A stretch of DNA of 50,256 nt from an uncultured Candidatus Saccharibacteria bacterium (lineage in GTDB: Bacteria > Patescibacteriota > UBA1384 > CAYGGE01). Positions 35,925 through 42,230 of this stretch are shown here, in pieces. The notes below the pieces were generated by a model. That model made no database searches. It had not been told where the DNA came from and saw only the letters and a program-made list of their open reading frames with translations. The stretch's first letter is position 1. Each line of letters begins with the position of its first letter. The position numbers were made by a program, and so were the translations under genes. The stretch lies in NCBI GenBank assembly GCA_964349485.1, contig CAYGGE010000006.1, positions 1 to 50,256 of the forward strand, in the 5' to 3' direction.

Positions 35925-38001
35925 CGCTCCTTATTGCAAGCTTAATGCGTCTCGCCACTCCATCCCCAACCTGGTCAAGTGATTTATAGGCGAGTTCAAG
36001 CTGCTCAGCAGTCCATTTCTCTCTTGTGTCCAGGTCTTGTCCCACGAGCTCGTTGATTTGATTGTTTAGGAATGAGAATAGAGCATCCGCATTATTACCC
36101 CTTACTCCAGGTACTGCCCTTGAGATATCGTAACCAGCGCGTGATAAGCCAAGGTCTGCGAGAATCCGATTGTGAATGCTTTTCGAGCGTTCGTCGAGTC
36201 GTTTGCGAAGTATCTGACGATGCACCTGAGGCTGTACAGGTGACGGTGTAGCGGGTGCTTCTTTACGGGTATTTCTGGCTGCATGCATCTCTCGAAGTTT
36301 TTCAGGTGTAATACCTAATTCTCTGAGCGTAAAGCCACCTGGGGCCTTAGAATCAAGTAATCTGTCTATCACCGTATCGTCTTCTGGGTCTAGATAGGCT
36401 TGTGATAAGAAATGACTTAATATTTCTTTATCAGCTAGCGGCTGATTGTCGTACCTGTGAGCTTCTTGCTCTCCGTCTTCTTTAGTTCTAGAAGTGCCAC
36501 CACTAGCCCCTGACCCGCGCGCCCAAACCTTAACAAGCTCCTGGTCTTGAGCGTCTAGCTCTCTAAAGTCATCCCAGCGGTCCTCGTTGTTTAATCCAAT
36601 ATGGGATACGATATACGCTTGATTATTAGGATGGTCCGCAGCGTTTGGCTCTACTGTTCTCATGACGCGACCTACAAACTGAATATATGGAGCCAAGGAT
36701 CGGTAGGGCTTAAATATGGCTGCAACGCTTAGCGGTGGGTGATCAAAGCCTTCCCCAAGCATAGCCACTTGAACGATACAATCGAGCTGACCACTTCTCA
36801 GTTTGCTAAAAATTGTCTCCTTACGATCATCTGGCATCTCTCCGTAAATTTCCGCAGCTTGAAGCCCCATTTCCTCATATATCGCTCTGACTTGGCGAGC
36901 GTGGTCAACAGACATCGCTGAAGCGATTATCTGGTGAGGGAAACCGGTATGTGCTCGTAACTCCTGCATCTTTTCTACGCTTTTTTCAGCAATGTGGCGA
37001 TTACACTCTTCCGAAAGGGCTACGCCACGTCGAAACCACGCTTGCTCCTTAAGTGCCAGTACCTCTTCAAGGCTAAAGCTTCTACTTTCGTCTTTAACGC
37101 TGAAACTAATCTCTGTTGGTCGGGCGGACGCAGAAGAAACGTGTTTAATGTATCCATTAATCATTGCTAGTGAGAAAGGGTAATGATAAATAAGAGTACC
37201 AACCAGATCTTGATTGTCTGATCGGAATGGTGTCGCGGTCATGCTTACAAAGCGTGCACCAGGGAAAGCTCTAATTACCCGTTGCCAGCTTTCGGCGGCA
37301 ACATGGTGTCCCTCGTCAATTATTATGAGATCGAAGAAGTCCGATGGAAACTGTGAAAGCCAACGGTCAGCTCTACTCGCCAGCTGTTGAATGTTTGCTA
37401 CTACGATATGGCTCTTTGAGCAGTCGTCAATATTCGCCTTGGGGCCGTCTACGAGTGCAGTGAATGGTCCTTTTGAGAAATCGGTGAGTACGTTAGCTTT
37501 TTTCCAAAAGCAACCAGTATTAGAAATGTTAAGGTCAGCGTAGAGCCCAGTCCGAATAGTTTTATTCGGCGCCACAATAAGTACCCTGCCGTTTGATAAT
37601 CCAAAAGGTAGTATTGCAGCGAGGCCTGTCTTGCCGCACCCAACGGGAAGTTGGATGATAGCAGGCTCGGTTGATTTTTCGAAGTGAGTGACTGCGGCAT
37701 CGAATGCTTCCTGTTGTGGTTCGCGAAGATATGGGTTCTTGTTTATCTTTGGATCTGCTTCCGAAAAATAGCCCGCAATGTTACTGGCGTTCATTCCTGC
37801 GTGTCCAAACTCAAGTCGGAACTGTTCAAGGTCGGCTATCTTGTAGTATCGGTAGTCGCTACCGGGGCGTTTTGTTGCGATTAGTTTACCTGCATCATCC
37901 CAACGTCGAAGAGTGGCCGCTGAGACTCCGACGAACTCAGCTGCTTGAGCAACCGTTAGAAAATCAAGTTCTTTTTCATCTTTCATGAATCTACCATACA
38001 A
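35908..38001 (-). CDS. SF2 (DEAD/DEAH, ResIII-like) helicase with N-terminal MerR/excisionase-type HTH
   Basis: HTH LTVAQAAEFVGVSAATLRRWDDAGKL. Q motif LREPQQEAF. Motif I PVGCGKTG, II IIIDEGHH, III MTATPFR, V LGEGFDHP, VI QFVGRVMR. Start is TTG 38001 or ATG 37986. Confidence 0.88.
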   Translation of the reverse strand: MYGRFMKDEKELDFLTVAQAAEFVGVSAATLRRWDDAGKLIATKRPGSDYRYYKIADLEQFRLEFGHAGMNASNIAGYFSEADPKINKNPYLREPQQEAFDAAVTHFEKSTEPAIIQLPVGCGKTGLAAILPFGLSNGRVLIVAPNKTIRTGLYADLNISNTGCFWKKANVLTDFSKGPFTALVDGPKANIDDCSKSHIVVANIQQLASRADRWLSQFPSDFFDLIIIDEGHHVAAESWQRVIRAFPGARFVSMTATPFRSDNQDLVGTLIYHYPFSLAMINGYIKHVSSASARPTEISFSVKDESRSFSLEEVLALKEQAWFRRGVALSEECNRHIAEKSVEKMQELRAHTGFPHQIIASAMSVDHARQVRAIYEEMGLQAAEIYGEMPDDRKETIFSKLRSGQLDCIVQVAMLGEGFDHPPLSVAAIFKPYRSLAPYIQFVGRVMRTVEPNAADHPNNQAYIVSHIGLNNEDRWDDFRELDAQDQELVKVWARGSGASGGTSRTKEDGEQEAHRYDNQPLADKEILSHFLSQAYLDPEDDTVIDRLLDSKAPGGFTLRELGITPEKLREMHAARNTRKEAPATPSPVQPQVHRQILRKRLDERSKSIHNRILADLGLSRAGYDISRAVPGVRGNNADALFSFLNNQINELVGQDLDTREKWTAEQLELAYKSLDQVGDGVARRIKLAIRSDDGTN

Positions 38002-38094
38002 CGTTTAACAACGTTATGCAACCCAATCTTTTTCAGCCGGTGAGTAGGTTTTTACATTTGTTTTACATAGTTGACGGGTTAAATTGGCTCAAAG

Positions 38095-38754
38095 CTAAAG
38101 AGCGCGGTGTTCTTCTCCAGTTAATTTAGAGACCGTCAGATCTAGGGCTTGGCGAACCGCATCGTGCAACATAGCGTCTTTTATTCGTTCACCACGTTTT
38201 CGCTTGTTGGTATAAAGGATAAGGTCGTCTAGACATTCCTCGAGTGAGCTTTCGAGACCTACCTCGTACCATAGTTTTCTCGTTAAGAATGGGATGACTT
38301 GCTCAAGCTGTTCGTCAGTAAGCGTTACATCATAGTGCGTCTTGAGTAACTCGACGGTCTTCACGGATACTGTAGGTTCGAAAGGCACTGGTCGATGCTC
38401 TACGAGAATACCGCGTATCTCAGCGGCTACTCGTTGTTTTTCTTTCATCGGCACAAGAGCCAGAAGAGATGTTGCATGATTACGAAGGTCTGATCGAGAC
38501 AAGCTCTGACTGCCAGATTGCTCTAATAAATCTCGTAAATCATCGAGCTGCTCTTCTCTGAACTGCCGAGGTGAATCTGATTTTGCGCTAGCTTTTTGCC
38601 ACCATTCAAGCTCTTTAATCAACGTAACTAGCCGTCCTGTTTCAGTATCAGGCATAACAATATCGTACTTATCTTTGATAAGCTTCTTGGTCTGTATAAT
38701 CTCTAATTCAGTAGGCTCAGAAAAATCTGAGTTAAGTAGGGATGAGTTATCCAT
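38095..38754 (-). CDS. Hypothetical acidic 219-aa protein, possible two-repeat architecture
   Basis: 7-nt gap after the PLD gene. No known motif. Residues about 22-52 and 131-161 look related (KLIKDKYDIVMPD...LEWW and ELLKTHYDVTLTD...KLWY). Confidence 0.55.
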   Translation of the reverse strand: MDNSSLLNSDFSEPTELEIIQTKKLIKDKYDIVMPDTETGRLVTLIKELEWWQKASAKSDSPRQFREEQLDDLRDLLEQSGSQSLSRSDLRNHATSLLALVPMKEKQRVAAEIRGILVEHRPVPFEPTVSVKTVELLKTHYDVTLTDEQLEQVIPFLTRKLWYEVGLESSLEECLDDLILYTNKRKRGERIKDAMLHDAVRQALDLTVSKLTGEEHRAL

Positions 38755-38761
38755 AGCACTC

Positions 38762-39436
38762 CTAGTGAGGCGTGTTTGCTGTCAGTATTTCTACCCACTG
38801 CATAACAACTTTCAAAGGTATAATATCCAATAAAGCGATAAATAGCCACCATATCACCATTACAGATAACCAGCACAGTACAATTGTACGTAGGATACTT
38901 CGTCGCCTGGGTCGCGCAGTCCTGCTAAAAGCTCGGCCGACTTGGTTGTGTTTCGCACTTAATCCTTCCGCTAGCATGTCGCTAAGCCGAAGGTGACGAA
39001 TAACTTCCACAGTCGAATCCTTATCGGTTATACGGCGCATCATCTCTCGGCTGGACCGTTGCGAAAGGATGTTCAAACTCCCTTCCCAAAGTATTTCCCG
39101 GTCGATAATGGCTACTTTTTCATGAATATAACCGCTAAGGTAATAAATGGTTGCGCCCGTTTCTTCATACTGACCAAGGATGTCCGTGATTTCGCTACGT
39201 TGACCCGGAGCATACTCACGAAGTGGGCGGGTAAAGATAAAGACGTTGATATTGGTGTCTTTAAGTTTGTGCATTAGGCGAAGAAACGTATCAGCGCGGT
39301 GTTTAGAGACAAACGGGCTATAAATAATAATCTCTTCTTTTGCCTTTAACATGTCATTGGCTAGGGCGGAATAGAAAGAAGTTTGATTATAGAGTTTACT
39401 CGTGACGGTATTTTTCTTGTGATTATTAGCTAACAT
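38762..39436 (-). CDS. PLD-superfamily (single HKD) nuclease-like protein with C-terminal TM helix
   Basis: HKD motif HEKVAIIDREILWEGSLN (HxK-x4-D-x6-GSxN). C-terminal hydrophobic segment ILRTIVLCWLSVMVIWWLFIALL. Confidence 0.85.
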   Translation of the reverse strand: MLANNHKKNTVTSKLYNQTSFYSALANDMLKAKEEIIIYSPFVSKHRADTFLRLMHKLKDTNINVFIFTRPLREYAPGQRSEITDILGQYEETGATIYYLSGYIHEKVAIIDREILWEGSLNILSQRSSREMMRRITDKDSTVEVIRHLRLSDMLAEGLSAKHNQVGRAFSRTARPRRRSILRTIVLCWLSVMVIWWLFIALLDIIPLKVVMQWVEILTANTPH

Positions 39437-39489
39437 ATTGCTCCTTAGACCATTTTACCTTAATTGATCTGTAATTCTGAGTAGCGAGT

Positions 39490-39498
39490 TGGTATAAT
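39490..39498 (+). promoter_or_regulatory. Extended -10 promoter (TGgTATAAT) for the XRE gene, predicting a leaderless mRNA
   Basis: TATAAT at 39493-39498 with TG at 39490-39491. The ATG lies at 39507, only 8 nt downstream, and no Shine-Dalgarno is possible. Confidence 0.5.
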
Positions 39499-39506
39499 GT
39501 CGGTAT

Positions 39507-39722
39507 ATGGATAATGAAAAAGACCAAAAAGCTCGCAATAAACTTGGCGCAATACTTAAAGAGGCTCGCTTGAAAGCGGGTCTTACTCAAGCTGAAGTTG
39601 CCGCCAAGGCTAAAGTAAACGCAAATTATTATGCGATTGTTGAACGTGGAGAAGGAACCTACTCCTTCGCTAATTTGCAACGAATAATGAAGGTACTTCA
39701 TATTAAGTCCTTAGACTTATAA
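39507..39722 (+). CDS. XRE-family HTH transcriptional regulator (71 aa)
   Basis: HTH_3 pattern LGAILKEARLKAGLTQAEVAAKAKVNANYYAIVERGE. Divergent from the PLD-helicase operon. Confidence 0.85.
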   Translation: MDNEKDQKARNKLGAILKEARLKAGLTQAEVAAKAKVNANYYAIVERGEGTYSFANLQRIMKVLHIKSLDL

Positions 39723-39943
39723 GAATCAGGGCGCGCTTCGTCGTCCTGTTGTTCTTTATAGATTTTCTCTAATTTAGGCTTCCACTCAATTACGTACTCG
39801 AGAAAGGTGTTCCAAAAAATACCGCTAGGGTCCACCAAATTGTTTTTTAACTTGTTGATATATTCCTCCAACCTGAAAGGAAGGCTTATATTGGGTGTTC
39901 CAAAACCATTTTTAAGCGAGTATTTTGGGTTTTCTGACACCAC
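39698..39943 (-). pseudogene. Recombinase 3'-end fragment, or an alternative recombinase C-terminal segment
   Basis: Encodes NPKYSLKNGFGTPNISLPFRLEEYINKLKNNLVD, homologous to the recombinase C-terminal region. There is no homology upstream of codon 5. The frame continues for 43 more codons into the island. Confidence 0.6.
39829..39936 (+). repeat. Right direct repeat (attR-like)
   Basis: 94/108 identical to 12705-12812 at a constant offset of 27124. Contains the tRNA-Ala 3' terminal 9-mer GGTCCACCA. Confidence 0.85.
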
Positions 39944-40036
39944 AGTCGGGGAATCGCTAAGAGCATATATCTTTGCGCACCCCGAGATCTTTGCGAGCCC
40001 AACACCACAGTAAGCTAAGGGTAAGGAGTACCGACA

Positions 40037-40066
40037 AACAAGGCCCCTTTCAGAAGGGGCCTTGTT
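40037..40066. terminator. Perfect 13-bp stem hairpin just outside the island
   Basis: AACAAGGCCCCTT, loop TCAG, AAGGGGCCTTGTT. Only weak T tracts lie on either side. Confidence 0.4.
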
Positions 40067-40189
40067 ACTGGGAGCTGAGTTATTGACCTATCATTAGGGC
40101 GAACTTAGGATGATACGATCGGTCTTTATTATGATAAGACAACTGTCTTTAAAGTACCCTTACAATGTGCTATTTGATATACTTTCTTT

Positions 40190-40819
40190 ATGGACAGACT
40201 TACCTCGAAGCCAATCCTAGCCTGGATCAACGCCTATGGCGCTTGGGATGCAACACTTCGTGACCCGATAGAAATGCGTGGTTACGACCAATACCTCGAC
40301 GCACTGGTTAATTATTTGAAAAATGTGAATGGACAGGTCAAGGCTGTCTATTTTTCGGGTGGGATGCTTGATACGAAGGGTCGGACAGAGTGTGAAACTG
40401 TCATCCCCATCCTTAAACAACGACTAGCGGAGTATGGCATAGTGGTCCCGATTCACGCCGACACTGAAAGTATCACTTCGATAGGTATCGCCCAAAAATT
40501 TGTTCATACCTACTTGTCTACCTATGCCAACCATCAGCCGTTACTTTTTTGCGATGAGGTGCGAGTTGAGGTGAATACTTATGCAGTACAGTATTTCTTA
40601 GACGAATCTGGTAGGCCAGACATTTCTGCGAGCAGTGTGGTAATTGGGTTACCTAGACAGGATATACACCCACATAGCACAATTCAGCATCAACAAGAGA
40701 AGCTGACTCACATGAAACAAGTCGGGGTCATGGAGGCTGATATAGCGCTAATAACAAGTCGAATGGCAGAAAATGCAGCTATCTTGAGGAAGATTGCTGC
40801 CTCAAATGGTAAAACTTGA
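40190..40819 (+). CDS. DUF218/YdcF-family protein
   Basis: VYFSGGMLDTKGRTECE ... ESITSIGIAQ matches the DUF218 core (SGG...sEa...eS.nT.eNa pattern). Confidence 0.65.
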   Translation: MDRLTSKPILAWINAYGAWDATLRDPIEMRGYDQYLDALVNYLKNVNGQVKAVYFSGGMLDTKGRTECETVIPILKQRLAEYGIVVPIHADTESITSIGIAQKFVHTYLSTYANHQPLLFCDEVRVEVNTYAVQYFLDESGRPDISASSVVIGLPRQDIHPHSTIQHQQEKLTHMKQVGVMEADIALITSRMAENAAILRKIAASNGKT

Positions 40820-40850
40820 CAGTGCTACATATATCTACTATAATTAATTC

Positions 40851-40881
40851 AAGCAAGTTGAATAGACTTGTTTTTATTTTT
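40851..40881 (+). terminator. Rho-independent terminator after the DUF218 gene
   Basis: AAGCAAGT (40851-58), loop TGAATAG, ACTTGTTT (40866-73; 7 Watson-Crick pairs and 1 G:U), followed by TTATTTTT. Confidence 0.6.
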
Positions 40882-40951
40882 CAATCGTACAAGATTGATT
40901 AGATAATTCATGATAAAGTAGAAGCGTAGTACGCTAACGAAAGGACTCAAT

Positions 40952-42199
40952 ATGGCAACATCACCATTTATGGCTGCAATCAACCAAATTGCTGACGAAA
41001 AAGGTCTCGACGTCGAGACTATTCTCGAGACCGTGGAAGCGGCTCTGGCGGCAGCCTATCGCAAGGATTACGGCAATCCCCATCAAGTTATTCGAGCTGA
41101 ACTTGAACCAGAGACAATGGAAACAAAGATGTACCAGGTGTTCACCATAGTCGAAGAAGAGTTACTTGAGGATGAGCAGTCACAACTTACCTTAAAGAAT
41201 GGTCGCAAACTTCGCAAGAATGCCGAAATTGGCGAGGAAGTTGAGATTGCCCTACCGGTTCACACCGATTTCGGACGGATTGCCGCTCAAACAGCTAAAC
41301 AAGTTATTATCCAACGTATCCGCGAAGCTGAACGCGAGATGCTCTACAACGAGTTTAAGGGTAAAGAAGGTGAACTGTTGAACGGTAACGTTCAACAAGT
41401 TGAAGGTGACGTAGTCATCATCAACCTCGGCCGGATTAACGCCCTACTCCTCCCGAGTGGTCAAATACCTAATGAACGTTATTACACCGGTCAGCGACTC
41501 AAGGTCTTCGTACAGGGAGTTGAAGAAACGGCCAAAGGACCAAAAGTCGTTGTCAGCCGAACCGACGCAGGCTTGATTGAAGCCCTCTTTAGCCTTGAAG
41601 TTCCCGAGATTAGTTCTGGTTCGGTCAGCATCAAAACAATCGCCCGCGAAGCAGGTGCTCGCACCAAGATGGCTGTCGCATCAAACCAAGAAGGACTCGA
41701 TCCAGTCGGTTCATGCGTTGGTCAACGCGGTACCCGGGTCCAAGCGGTCTTAGCCGAGATTGGCGACGAGAAGATTGATATTATCCTCTGGGACGATGAT
41801 ACTAAACGATTTATCGCCAATGCCCTGTCCCCAGCAAAAATTAGTGAGATTGCGCTCTCTGAAAACGATCGCAAGGCAACAGTTATCGTGCCTGAAGATC
41901 AACTGTCATTAGCAATCGGCCGCGGTGGTCAAAATGTCCGTTTAGCCAGCAAACTCTCAGGCTGGAGTATTGATATCGATAAGGAAAACTCGCGCGACGA
42001 ACTTGAAGTTGTAGCTGAAGCCTCACCTCATGATGGTGATACAGATGAGATTACTGAGGCTGCAATCGATGACGAGGGCCAGGCCTTGACGGTTGAACCG
42101 ATTGTTGACACGACAAGTGAAGAGACGCCAGCGAAAGCCGTCATGAATGTAAAGGCCAAAGCAAAAGCGAAGACCAAACCTAAAACGAAAAAGGCGTAA
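40952..42199 (+). CDS. nusA: Transcription termination/antitermination factor NusA
   Basis: N-terminal domain, S1 domain and two KH domains (GQRGTRVQAV, AIGRGGQNVRLASKLSGWSIDI). Lys-rich C-terminal tail. Confidence 0.92.
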   Translation: MATSPFMAAINQIADEKGLDVETILETVEAALAAAYRKDYGNPHQVIRAELEPETMETKMYQVFTIVEEELLEDEQSQLTLKNGRKLRKNAEIGEEVEIALPVHTDFGRIAAQTAKQVIIQRIREAEREMLYNEFKGKEGELLNGNVQQVEGDVVIINLGRINALLLPSGQIPNERYYTGQRLKVFVQGVEETAKGPKVVVSRTDAGLIEALFSLEVPEISSGSVSIKTIAREAGARTKMAVASNQEGLDPVGSCVGQRGTRVQAVLAEIGDEKIDIILWDDDTKRFIANALSPAKISEIALSENDRKATVIVPEDQLSLAIGRGGQNVRLASKLSGWSIDIDKENSRDELEVVAEASPHDGDTDEITEAAIDDEGQALTVEPIVDTTSEETPAKAVMNVKAKAKAKTKPKTKKA

Positions 42200-42230
42200 C
42201 AGGTCCACAATCCAACTGAATGGAGGTTTA

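Larger units (their letters stand above)
12705..39936. mobile_element. About 27.1-kb integrative, conjugative-type island at tRNA-Ala
   Basis: Flanked by 108-bp direct repeats. Contains a serine recombinase, T4SS genes, a coupling protein, a Replic_Relax protein, R-M and other defence-like genes. Mixed strands, in contrast to the + strand housekeeping flanks. Confidence 0.7.

Noticed and set aside
37998-38015. Direct repeat ACAACGTT twice with a 10-nt period at the helicase gene start, plus GTTTT(T)ACAT twice at 38060-38083 in the 93-nt intra-operon gap.
   Set aside because: Short 8-mer repeats at small offsets are expected about once across the intergenic DNA of a window this size. I noted it only as a possible internal promoter or operator, not as a finding.
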